Under the pieces are notes generated by a model that was not told the origin of the DNA, ran no database searches, and was given only the letters and a program-made list of their open reading frames with translations. This document shows positions 24,901 to 37,417 of a DNA stretch of 64,000 bases, one piece after another. The stretch spans positions 310,001 through 374,000 of the forward strand of contig OZ025667.1 in assembly GCA_964019335.1 (NCBI GenBank), written 5' to 3'. Numbering within the stretch: the stretch's first letter is position 1; every line of letters begins with the position of its first letter. A program made the translations under genes and the position numbers. This DNA comes from Diplonema japonicum (lineage: Eukaryota > Protista > Euglenozoa: Diplonemea).

Positions 24901-27900
24901 AGCAAGAGTTCCGCTTTGTCGATGACCAGGTGTGGCCCCTCAAGCAGGGTGTTGGGTACTTCATCACGATGAACCCAGGCTACGCGGGACGTCAGGAACT
25001 GCCTGAGAACTTGAAGATCTTGTTCAGGGGTGTCACCATGATGGTGCCGGACAGGAACATCATCATCAGGATCAAACTTGCCTCCGCGGGATACACGGAA
25101 AAGGACATCCTCAGCGACAAGTTCTTCCATCTGTACAAGCTATGCGAACAACAGCTTTCGAAGCAGAGGCACTATGACTTCGGTCTGCGAAACATCTTAT
25201 CTGTGCTACGTTCGTCTGGCACAAGGCTGCGTGAGGCCATGGAGACAAGTAAGATAAAAGAGGGCAGGGAGTTCGAGGAGAACCTCTTCATGCGCACATT
25301 ACTTGACATGAACATGAGCAAGCTCGTCTACGAGGATGTGCAGCTGTTCTTGGATCTGCTGAAGGATATCTTCCCAGGTAAATTCCCAGAAAGCAAGACG
25401 GATCCCAAGCTTTTGAATGCTCTGAAGACTGTGTGGGAGCGCGACATGGGATACGTGGCACACCAAGGCCTCATCGATAAGGTTTTCCAGTTACATGAGA
25501 TTACAAAGGTTCGTCATGGGATCATGGTGGTAGGCCCTGCCATGTGCGGGAAGAGTGCGGCCTTTGAGGGGTTACGGAAAAGCTTGACGATGCTTGAGGG
25601 CAAGGTGCAGCTGATAAGGATGTTCCCTAAAGCCATCACAGCTCAGGAGATGTTCGGAAGGCTTGACAAGGCAACAGGTGACTGGCATGATGGTGTCTTC
25701 TCGCATCTTTGGAAGAAGGCAGTGACCGTACGCAACGGCATCTGGATGGTGTGCGACGGCCCTGTCGACGCGATATGGATTGAGAACCTGAACACGGTGC
25801 TGGACGACAACAAGCTACTGACGCTCGCAGGTGGCGATAGGATACCCATGACGAACCATATGAAATGCTGTTTCGAAGTGGAAAACCTGCGCAACGCCTC
25901 TCCTGCTACGGTATCGCGTGCGGGTATTGTGTACATCTCGGAAAAGGAGCTGGGCTGGGAGCCCGTGCTACGCGCCAAATTGTACGCGAAGGGCTCTGAA
26001 AAGGGCGGCATTCTGCCTAGCGATACACACTGCATCGTTCCGAGGCCTATAGCTGAGCTATTCCTCCCACTTTTCGTGGACAGGATCCCTAGCGACTCCG
26101 GGCCACCTGAGACCCTCATCGACAAGGTGTGGAGGATCTATGTCAAAGAATGCAGGGTGGTCATGAACACTAGTCTTGTGCATCTGGTAATGAACACTTT
26201 CTCATTGATATCATCTTTGGTGCAGCAGGGCATCGCTGCTGGAAGGGACGCTGCTTCATGGACTCCAGACCTTGTAAGGAAAGTGTTCTGGTTCTGCATA
26301 AGTTGGTGCTTCGGTGGTATGCTTGATCATACCGCAGACGGGCGTTTGAGCTTCGACAACAGGCTGAGAGGCCTCACTGACGATTTGCCTGGCGGCACTG
26401 ACTCGAGCACTGTGTTTGACTACTATGTAGACTTTGCTTTCGAGAGGTGGGTACCGTGGCAGGACACTGTGGCCGAGTGGAAGTACCCAGGTGACGAGAA
26501 GTTGAACTTCTCGACGTTGTTCATCCCCACCATCGACTCAACGAGGTTGGACTACCTCGTCCAGTCGTTCTTCATGGAACAGAAGCCCCTCTTGCTCACA
26601 GGCAACAGCGGTACGGCTAAAACGGTGACCATTGAACACTTCCTACTGAATATGCCCAAGAATAAAGAGATTGAAAACAGAGACATCCTGACTTCGAAGA
26701 AAATCAACTTCTCGTACGCCACAACACCCAGGCTGTTCTACGAGACTGTGGAAGAGCTAATGGAGAAGAGGGTTGGGAGCAGAGCGTACGGGCCAAAGAG
26801 GGACAAGAAGATGGTGCTGTTTGTCGACGACCTGAACATGCCTGAGATCAATGAGTGGGGTGACCAGGTCACGAATGAGATCATGCGCCAGATCATAGAC
26901 GACAAGGGGTACTACAGTCTTGACAAGGACAGCGAGTTCAAGCTGCTGATTGACATCACGTACATGGCCGCCATGTCCAAACCGGGTGGCGGGAAGAACG
27001 ACATCCCTGATAGGTTGAAGCGCCACTTTGCTGTGCTCTGTGTCCCACTTCCTGTGGATTCTTCGCTGCACCAGATTTACGCCGCGATCTACAAGGAGAG
27101 ATTCACCCAACCAGGCTACTCCGAGAGACTCCGGTGGGTGTCTAATCAGCTTACCGACCTCAGCATCGACTGCTGGAAGATCATCGCCGCGAAGATGCTC
27201 CCCACACCACGCAAGTTCCACTACATCTTCAACCTGCGCGACCTCACGAACATATGCCAAGGAATTATGAAGGCCAGCAAAGAAGTGTTCTGCGGAGACG
27301 AGCGCCAGGGGATTGAGACCCCACAGTACCCCGACGTGCTTCTCCTGCGTCTGTGGAAGCACGAGGCCACCAGAGTGTTCGCCGACAAGCTGAACGACGT
27401 GGAAGACAAGAAATGGTTTGACAACCTGATTACTACTAAGATAAACGAGCACTTCGGCGTCAACCCCTTCAACGAGGACTACGCAAGCAGAGCAGCGGGC
27501 CCATCCTACTTCGTGGACTTTATGGTCGGGCAGGAGGTTGATCCCGAGACAGGCAACGAGACGGAGACAGCCAAGAGATCTTACCAGCCCATTGAGTCAC
27601 TTGTGCATTTAAAGAGCAAACTCCTTTCAGTCCTTCAGATGTATAACGCCACTGAAGGAAAGGTGAAGAAACTCAACCTTGTTCTGTTCAACGCAGCAAT
27701 CAAACACGTTGTCAGGATTACTAGGGTCCTCACCACACCAAGGGGAAACATGCTCTTAGTTGGTGTGGGCGGCAGCGGAAAGCAGAGTCTCACAAAGCTG
27801 AGCGCTTTTATCACGGACCACCAGGTACACCAGATCAGCGTCTCGAAGAGTTACGGAGTGCCACAGCTGTTCGATGATCTTCGAGAACAGTACAAAGTGG

Positions 27901-30900
27901 CAGGACTCAGGCGGCCTGTGACCTTCATAATGACTGATAACGAGATCCTGCAAGAGAAGTTCCTGGAGTATGTGAATTGCTTCTTATCTACCGGTGAGAT
28001 ACCGGGCCTGTGGGAAAAGGACCCTGCTGAGAGGGAAGAGATCGTGAGCAGCGCCTTGACCTTAGCGAAGAGGGAGCTTAGCACAAGATGCGAGCAGACG
28101 GCCGACTTCTTGTGGCGGTACTTTGTCGGGAGGGTTAGGGATAATTTGCACATCGTTTTGTGTTTCAGTCCAGTTGGAGAGAAATTCAGAAGGCGTGCCC
28201 GACAGTTCCCATCGGTCATCTCTACGTGTGTCATCGACTGGTTCTTCCCATGGCCCAGCGATGCCCTCAGGGAGGTTGCCAGTGTGCAGCTCAACAGGTT
28301 CGCATTGGACTGCGGCACAGGCAACCCCGAGCAGGTGAAGAACAGGCTTCTGGACCTTATTGCCTCTTACCATGAGGTGCTCACAAAGCAGGCAGGCGAG
28401 TACTTCACACGCTTCCGCAGAACAGTCTTCTCAACACCCAAGTCATATCTGTCGTTCTTGAACTCATACATGTCAGTGTACACGAAGAAGTACAAGCACA
28501 TTAAAGAAGGTGCCACCAAAGTAGAGAAAGGTCTCAACAAACTTGAGGATGCAGGGACTATGATCAGGGAGCTAAAGTCAGCTATGCAGGAGCAGGAGAA
28601 GGCAATCATCTTGAGAAAGAAGGAGATCGAAATCCAATTGATCGATGTGAAGGAGGCATCTCTGCAGGCTCAGCAGAAGCAGGCAGAAGTGAGCAAGGTG
28701 AAGGACGAGCTTGCAAAGGACGCTGCTATGGTTCAAGAGAAGAAAGATGAAGCGAATAAAGACCTTGAGGTGGCGCTTCCTGCCTTAGAAGAGGCCAAGC
28801 AGGCTGCCAGTGACATTACGCCCAGTGATCTTAAGGAGTTGCAGGCTTCGGCAAACAACCCTGCGCACCTCACCCGTGTGGTCATTGACGGTGTGCTCAT
28901 CCTATTGCACAATGCAGTGCAGCACCCCGTCTCTGCTAGCGAGCTGCGCAAGGGTGGCAGGTTGATGGGCAAGGGCAATGGCTTCATCACACCTTCATGG
29001 GATGTTAACAAAGGTGGAGACCCAAAGTTTTCCTTGCCTCCATATGGTGGTGGTGGAAAACGTTTTATCAGCAACTCAGACTGCGTGAAACACATCTTGG
29101 AGTTCACAGAGCGAAGGAAGGATCAAATCAACGAGGAAACATGCGAGCTGCTTGACCCATACGTGGACCTTGCCGAGTTCAACTACGACGACGCATGGAG
29201 CACTTCGCATGCCCTGGGTGGCCTCTGTAAGTGGGTTGTGTCTATGTATCATTACATCAAGATTGCTCGTGTCGTCGAACCCAAGATGGTGAGACTAAGG
29301 GAGATGGAAGCACAGCTGCACGCAGCACAAGCAAAGCTCCGTGACAAAGAGGCAGAACTGGCTCTCGTAAATGCTGAGAAGCAGAAGCAAAGCGATGCGC
29401 TGCATGAGAAGGAAGAAGAGATGAACCGCATGGAGCAGACTGCCATGGAGACCGTGAGGAGGGTCAGCAGAGCTGACAGCTTGATCGAAGATCTGCAAGG
29501 CGAGCGGGTGCGGTGGACCAAGCAGTTTGAGCTCAACAACGACATTGTGAAGAGGCTCACAGGTGACGTCGCAATCTGTTGCGCCTTCGTCTCGTACTGC
29601 GGGCCGTTCAACTCGGAGTTCCGTGCGCATATCTTACAGAACATTCTGATCGACCTGTGCAAAAAGCACCGCATCCCAATTACTGACAACATCGGGAAGC
29701 CTAGGGAACTGGTCAGGTTCCTTGTTGACGAGCAGCAGATAACCGACTGGCAGTTGGAGGGCCTACCCACTGATGAGCACTCAATACAGAACGCCATCAT
29801 GATCACACAGAACGTGTTTATGGACCCACCCAAGTACTCGCTCCTCATCGACCCCCAAGGACAAGGCATGACATGGCTGAAGAATGCTGTTTTCCCTTCA
29901 AAGGAACCCGACGACGTCGAGCAGGGCGACGTTGATGACGTCCCCAACCTACGCATCACGCATCTCACTGACAGGCACTTAAGGAGGTACCTTCAAGAGC
30001 AGATAGAAGCAGGCAAGACATTGATCATCGAGAACGTAGGTGAAGAGATCGACCCCATGCTGGACCCTGTTCTGGATCACTGCATCGCACGAGGCAGGAA
30101 ACCTTACATCCCCATACAGTCGGAAACAGGGTCTGACATCAGGCTAGACTACCACAGCGACTTCAAGATTTTCTTCACAACTAAGCTCCCCAACCCTACC
30201 TACGCACCAGAGATGTTTGCAAAAGTGTCGGTCATCGATTTCACCGTCACCATGTCGGGTCTGGAGCAGCAGTTGCTATCCGAAGTTATCAGCAAAGAAA
30301 GGAGGGAACTTGAAGAGGAAAGACTGCGCCTGATGCAGAACATGAATGAGAACAAGAAGATGTTGAGCAGCTATGAGGACAAGCTACTGACGCAGCTGTC
30401 CACATCCAACGCCAACCTCATTGACGACGACGACCTGATTGCAACGCTTGCTGAGAACAAGAAGAAATCAGCCGAGCTGCTTGAGAAGCAAACAGTTGCC
30501 GAAGACACAAGAAAGCGCATCGACTCGGCGTCATTGGAGTACCTCCCCGTGGCTATCAGGGGGAGTGTGCTGTACTTCCTTATTGTCGAGCTGTCCCTTG
30601 TAAACCCCATGTACCAGACAAGCTTGTTGCAGTTCAGGGGCCTCTTCGACAAGGCAATCAAGGAGGTCGACGGTTCCTTCATCTCGCAGAAGAGGATTGA
30701 TTCCATCGTAGCGAAGATGACACAGCTTGTTTTCAGCTACGTTGACCGTGGGTTGTTCACTCGGCACAAGCTGATGTTCGTGCTGCTGCTTGCCTGCAAG
30801 ATCTTGCAGCGTGACAACAAGCTCGACCCTGTGGCTTTCCAGACATTCTTGAAGGCGGGGGCCCTGCTCTCCAAGCAAGACGTGAAGCCCAAGGTAGTTG

Positions 30901-33296
30901 ACTGGCTGTCCGACAAGGCGTGGCTCAATATCATGGCACTTAAGAATGACCTGCCTATGAGCAAGTTTTTCAAGCAGCTTCCAGACAGTTTACTCAGGTC
31001 TGAAGGGGCATGGAGGCTGTGGATTGATGCCGAAGCACCAGAGAAGTGTGTACCGCCTGATGCTGATGAAAAGTTCGATTCTTTCAGCAAGGTGCTGTTG
31101 GTGCGCTGTTTGCGTGAAGACCGAGCGATGCTCGCGGCTAGGGACTTTGTGACCGATACCCTGGGCCCCGAGTATGCTGAGAGCCCTGTCCCTAACCTCG
31201 ACGAGCTTGTCGAAGACACCGGGCCTCTTACACCTACCATCTTCATCCTGTCGCCCGGATCAGACCCGACACAGATGATCAGCAACATGGGGCGCAAAAA
31301 GAGAAAGGTTGTCCGTGACATCTCGATGGGCGAGGGGCAGGAAGCGCTAGCAATGGCAACCGTCAACCAGGTGCTTCCTTCAGGTGACTGGGCGCTGCTC
31401 CAGAACTGCCATCTCAGTATTGGTTTCCTTCAGTCCCTCGAGGAAGAACTACTGTCTCGTCAGAACGATGACAACATCCACCCTGAGGCAAGGATCTGGA
31501 TAACAGCTGAGCCCACTACCAGGTTCCCAATCGGCCTTCTCCAGATCAGCATCAAACTAACTAATGAACCCCCAGCGGGCCTCAAGGCCGGTCTGAAACG
31601 CACTTTCGCAGTTGGCAGTCAGGGAATCACGCAAGAGCTGATTGAAGCCTTCAGACGGCCTGAATGGAAGCCTCTGCTGTTTGCACAAGCGTTTTTACAC
31701 TCGTTCGTTCAGGAGAGGAGGAAGTTCGGTCCAATTGGGTTCTGCGTGCCGTACGAGTTCAACGCCGGAGACCTCTCTGCAAGCTTGATGTTCCTCAGCA
31801 ACCACTTCACGCAGATTGGCGACGAGCATAGAAGGGAGAAGGCGGGGGCGCAGGTGTCGTGGGAAACGATTCGTTTTGTGATCAGCAAGATCCAGTACGG
31901 GGGTAGGATCACGGATAGCAAGGATGAAGAGCTCTTCGATGTCTTGACTGCCTACATCCTGAACCCTGACATTGTGAACGAAGGACACCAGGTATGCACC
32001 ACGTGGAGAACAAAACATACGTATTCACAGTTTGGAAAGGGCTTCACGTTGCCAGTCTTCGACGACATCAACAAGTACAGAGAGTTCTTGCAGTCGTACC
32101 CTGACATCGATCCCCCAGAGGTGTTCGGGTTGCATGCGAATGCCGACCTTGTCTACCGCAGCCAGATGGTATAATGCAAAATCAACACCACCAGCACAAC
32201 ACAGGTCCAGTCTGTCCTGGACACCATCATTAGCATCCAGCCAAGGCAGTCTGCAGCTAGCACCGGAAAGAGCAGAGAAGAAATCGTTTACGGCGAGGCC
32301 AAGAGGCTGCAAAAGACACTGCCTGCTAGGTGGCACCCTGAAATGGTATGCTTGCCGACCTATTCCTGTCCTTACTCTCCCAGGTTGAAGATGCGAGGAG
32401 AAAGCTTGGGAGAGTCACTAGTGCTAACAGCTCTCTGTTCATGCCACTTACCATCTTCTGCATGCAGGAGGTGACACGTCTTTCAGTATGTAGCATATGC
32501 TTTTCTCACTGCCTCAGGCCGCTCTTGATGTCATCAGTAGCACCCTCACAGACCTGCAGCTTGCCATCTCGGGCACGATTGTAATGTCGTCGGAGCTACA
32601 GGTATGCAACACTTAGCTACCACGCACAAACCACAGGATGCGCTGGACAGTATCTACGATGGCAAGATCCCTTCGAAGTGGTTGCAGGTCACCTGGTCAG
32701 CGTCTGCTCTTGGTCTGTGGTGGGCAACTCTGCAGAGGAGATACGAACAATTAGATAAGTATGCCTTTTTATTTCTGTTTCACCTACAATCTAGATGGCT
32801 CAGAGAAGACCGCCCCAACAAGTACTGGCTGTCGGGGTTCTACAACCCACAAGGCTTCTTAACTTCCGTGTCACAGGAAGTGACGCGTGCTCATGCCGGT
32901 GACAAGGAGCCCTGGTCATTGGATGATGTCTCACTGGTGACTGAGGTAACGCGGCTTGACGAGAACGATCATGACAAAGTGCCTGCAGAGGGTGTCTATA
33001 TCTTCGGGTTGTACCTAGATGGTGCAGGGTGGGACAAGACGAGGCAGAAGGTCAGGGATCCACTTCCCAAGGCTGAGCCTTACAAGATGCCTCTTATCGC
33101 GCTCTCTGCCGAGCCGCAGCTTTCGTCAAAAACAAAGCAGAAGAAGGCCAGAGCAGTGAACTGCCCTGTGTACCGCTACATTTGCAGAAAGAATGAGAAT
33201 TGGGTGTTCGACTGCCCGCTGGGTATTGGTGACAACGACACTGCCGGGATGTGGATCAGGCGGGGGATATGCTTGCTCCTACAGAAACACGAATAG
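18954..33296 (+). CDS. DNAH5: Axonemal outer-arm dynein heavy chain (DNAH5/DNAH8, Chlamydomonas gamma type)
   Basis: P-loops GPAGTGKT, GPAMCGKS, GNSGTAKT, GVGGSGKQS; WGCFDEFNRIELPVLSV; tail motif AGSIMWSRQLLRRIEGPM. Introns 31992-32030, 32169-32204, 32346-32383, 32486-32517, 32602-32636, 32759-32794. Confidence 0.93.
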
Positions 33297-33639
33297 ATAG
33301 AAGCCCAGTTTAGAAGAAACAAAATGTGAATTTCAACAAAAGAGACAAAGATTAGATCGAGCGAGCATTGCTTTGCCACACAGTGTAGTTTCCTTTTCCT
33401 TCTTTTTTTTTTCCCGCCTCGTTCCAGCTTCTTTTTTAAGTAGACAGTGCTTGTGCAGGAAGCCACCAACACTGGCCTCCTTTGTCTCTTTTATTTTTTT
33501 TGTGTTCTTCCTTTACCACGGTTGGCGAAATCCATCCTGCTTAGTTTGTGCCTTTGGTTAGTGCCTTATTTCTTTCGATGATTCTTTTTGTTTCTTTGTT
33601 TCGTTCTGTCATATATATAAGGAAGAAGAAAATGAAAAG

Positions 33640-34161
33640 ATGAGATGCCCATCAGGTCATTACCTAGAGGCGACTAATGTAGCTGACGGGGGTTACAAGA
33701 CAGGCTGGGTCTGCGATAGATGCTTAGAGAAGGGGAAGGGGGGCCGATGGGTGTGTGTGCGGTGTTGTTATGACATGTGCTTCACGTGTTTGCCCAGGGT
33801 ACGGGGGCTTCCTGATGGAGTGCAAGAGCAGACTTTTCACAGTCACCTAGCTGAACCCTCATATGCACCCGCTGACACGGTGACCCAGCCTCCCCCTTCC
33901 TCGTTGCTAGATCTTACAGGGGTCAAGACCCCTGCTTCGCATCCTCTCCCGCTGACTCTCGTGTCCCCAAGCTCTCCAGTTTTCCCTGAGAAGCCATGTT
34001 GCACCCACTACTCCGAGTTGCAACAGCTCCGACAGCGTGTAACCCAGCTGGAACAAGAAAACGAAGCACTGCGAGTACAGCAGCAGAATGCTCTTCAGCA
34101 AGCTATCGAGCTCAAGGGGCTCCAAGAGCTGGGTCTTGGTTACGGACCTTTGCATAAGTAA
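33640..34161 (+). CDS. Cys/His-rich zinc-finger (C1/ZZ-like) plus coiled-coil protein
   Basis: CPSGH...WVCDRC...WVCVRCCYDMCFTC; C-terminal heptads. Confidence 0.7.
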   Translation: MRCPSGHYLEATNVADGGYKTGWVCDRCLEKGKGGRWVCVRCCYDMCFTCLPRVRGLPDGVQEQTFHSHLAEPSYAPADTVTQPPPSSLLDLTGVKTPASHPLPLTLVSPSSPVFPEKPCCTHYSELQQLRQRVTQLEQENEALRVQQQNALQQAIELKGLQELGLGYGPLHK

Positions 34162-34232
34162 ACTAGAGTCTAGAGTTTTAACCTTTACCTTGCTTTGCGC
34201 TATTTCAAACACATATTACAGAATTCCGGAAG

Positions 34233-36668
34233 ATGGTAAGCTCACGTCGTAGGTCAATCGGGAACCTGACCCCCGGGCGTGACACGCCCAGGATTGCAGC
34301 GAAGGTGGGCGTGCTAAATGTTGAGTCCGCCTTCGGTATGTATGCCATCAGTGTGAATGGGGTGGAGATGCTGCAGACGTCGCTTGTCGTAGAGGCTCTG
34401 AGAAGCATGGGCCTGAACCCATTGGAGACGCGCATGCAATCCATGATCCGCAGCATGGATGTCAACAACACCGGCTTCGTCTCAAAGAAAGCTTTCTGTG
34501 AGTTTGCTGAGAGCCAGGAAGCGACGAACTACACACATAAGTATGTCATACTTTTTTAATATGCGGAACCTTCATGCAGAGATCTTGAGGAGATGTTCCA
34601 CGCCTTCGACGAGAACAAGACGGGATACATCGAGGCGCAGGACTTCAGGAATATCTACACCGGAGCAACTGGAACAGCCTTGAACGAACACGAAGCAGAT
34701 GACCTGATGACGATGGCGCAAAGGGGTACTGGGAAGGTAAGCATTGCCGACTTTCTCACTCTCATGTGCCCGAAGCTCGAGGTCATAAACCCGGTAGAGC
34801 CGGTCGTCGTCGAGGAAAAGACACATAACGAGTACATCGACAAGCTGCTTGATGAGCTGAGGCAGGTCAAGTCGCGCAGCCTGATGTCAGCCGAGAGCAG
34901 CACCGATGATGTGAAAAAATGGATCAGTGATATCTCCAAGGTCGAGCAGCAGCTGACCAAAGCCAAGAATGACGTTGATGCTGCATTTGGTAATGAAGGT
35001 ATGTCAATTGGCCCACGCCACACAACTAAATCAGGCTGGCAGGAGGTCAGCGCCACCTCCGCGTACTCCCCCCTTGCCAACGAGGGTCTCAAGCAGCTGT
35101 GCGAGCTTAAGCTACTGTATGTCCCTCTCAGCACTACCCACGTTTTGCAGTGCGATCTCCACCGATGCAAAAGAGAAGGTTGGCGTGTTCTACGAGAACG
35201 AAAAGAGATACATTGAATCCTTAGCCGCACTTCGAGGGGTATGTTATGTGTGCACAAGAAACTCACTACAGGAGGCACCTGCCCCCTTGATTTACGATGA
35301 ATCCATGGAAAACATAAGACAAGCCCTGAAGAAGGTATGAAGCGATGCAGTACAAAACTCTTTCGCAGCTGCATCAGTTGAAATACTTCATGAAAGCACA
35401 CCCCACTGTGGTGCCGCCTGGCTTGTTCCATGTGCCGGTGTCGGAGAAGTGGTCCACCTACGACCAGGAGGAGGCGACACGTGAAGAGCTGTGCGACGCG
35501 TACCTGTCCGGTCTTGCTGGGAGAGACATTGGTCCCAAGGTGCGAGCGACGGCATCTGTGAGGAGTGCTCACTCCCTTGGGTATGCCACTGTCACAAGTT
35601 ATCAAACACAACAGTGTCGGGCGGAAGTTCAACGGCAACATCCTGAGCACCGCGAAAACAGACATCTCATTCAGGTCTGTTGAGGTGGAGGGAAGATTAT
35701 TCAGCGTCGAGGACACGTTCTTCATGGGGAAGACCATCCACGAGCTCATCCCTCGGTACAGTACTGACGATGTGTCATCTATAACAAGGACCTTCTCTAC
35801 CTTCGGTGGCGTGAATGCTCTCAGCAGCTGCGATGGCCAAGCAGGAAGTGAAGTGGAGGGCAAGAAGCTATGCGAAGAGAAAGGCTACAAGGCCTTCGTC
35901 AACAACAAGGCCGGCCAGAACACGTTCTACTCAGATGACACCGAGGCCATCGCGAAGGCCATGACCTTCTCCGGGGAAGGCGACTGCAGGATTGTATTCC
36001 ATCAGAAGTTGACACCCGAGGAGGCTGCAGTGCAGAATGCTTATGAAGCAGGTCTCATGAACGAGGCACCGCCCACCTGCGATGAGGCGTACGCCTTCAA
36101 GGCGAGCTTTGCGTTTGCCGTGGGGGAGTTACACAGGCATGAGATACTGACATCGTGCAGCCCGAAGGTGGTCAACATGGTGGGCGAGCTGTACATTGGT
36201 CACGTGCACTGTGACAACATCAACGAGATGCTTGCGTACGACCAGGTCGACAGCGAGGGGAACTTGAAGATGTCGCCGCTGTTGTTCGGGCAGCTGACGA
36301 AGGAGATGGACATCACGTATGGTGGCATGCAGATTGAGATGAAGGACGAGTTCCAACGCATGGTGAAGGACTACGAGCTGCTTCAGCAGCGCCACAAAGC
36401 ATACGGGAAGTGGTTGGAAGAAAAGCCGGAGCTGGACCGCAAGGCACGCGAGGGACTGGAGAAGGAGGAGGCCGACATACGTGCGCAGCTCGAGGCTGAC
36501 GAAGTAGGTGAGTTCAATTCCACATCTAGTAAGCGGGAGACAACAAAGCCCGCGCCCCCTCCCCCTACTCCGGCTAAGAAGGCTACCCCCCCGCCTCCTA
36601 AGCCCAAGCCCGTGGAGATCAAGCCACCCCCTGCTCCTAAGCCGAAAGAGGCTAAGGGTTGTTGTTAA
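34233..36668 (+). CDS. Calmodulin-like EF-hand protein with large uncharacterised domain, Pro/Lys tail and terminal CC
   Basis: EF loops DVNNTGFVS and DENKTGYIE. Introns 34541-34579, 34999-35034, 35117-35150, 35239-35271, 35335-35368, 35581-35614 give one reading frame ending KGCC. Confidence 0.8.
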
Positions 36669-37417
36669 AACCATATTACTTCTGTGTTCTTTGTCACAGC
36701 TCTTCGTGACTTTATTCTTTTTTTCTGTTTTTTTAGTTAGTAAGTCCAAAATGTTGCTGTGTACGTAAGTTTGCCTTCCCTCTCTAAATGAATGTCAAAG
36801 TTTATTTGTTTTTTTCTTCTCTTTTTTTCTTTTTTTTTTTTGTTTCCCTTCCATATGTGGTAGTACCTTACGAGGTTTGTCCTGCATATTTTAGTATTTT
36901 CCCCTCCTTTTTTTTTTTATCTTTATTCTCTTTCGGATGAAAGGAATATTATCTCGCGAGAAAGTGCTACCAGAACCAGTTAGAACAACCCAAGGCGGTT
37001 AGATTTGCCTGAAGACCACAGTTCTCGTGGAAGAAGGGAAAAAAGAAAGGAGCGATTGAACGTTTGCCGAAGCTGCAATGCTTTGGGGCATCTACCGCAG
37101 AGTCCTCTTTTATGTGTAAAAAAAACAAGATTTAATGGATAAAAGAAGGAAAAGAAGAACTTAGAAAAAATGATACATACTGGTTTTTTTTTTTTTTTTT
37201 TTTTGGTGAAACATTTTCCTTGCACAAAACAATGACAAAAGAACAAAGAAAGAAGAAAAAAAGAAAACACTAAAAGAAGAAAGAAACACCTTGTATTGCA
37301 TCCGCCATCCCTGCCCCCTCTTTCTCTGTGCTGAGTGTGACACGGCAGTTGTTCCGTGTCTTGCACATCTTTCATTGTATTCCCCGTGCATTTCTTCATG
37401 ACAAACCAAACAGGAAG

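Noticed and set aside
32174-33296. Apparent frameshifted or pseudogenised dynein C-terminus (likewise ARP1 and PKD2 fragments)
   Set aside because: Fully resolved by short GT-AG introns; no need to invoke editing or frameshifting
34655-35863. 402-aa minus-strand ORF and other antisense ORFs over genes
   Set aside because: Shadow frames of + strand coding sequence; no recognisable motifs
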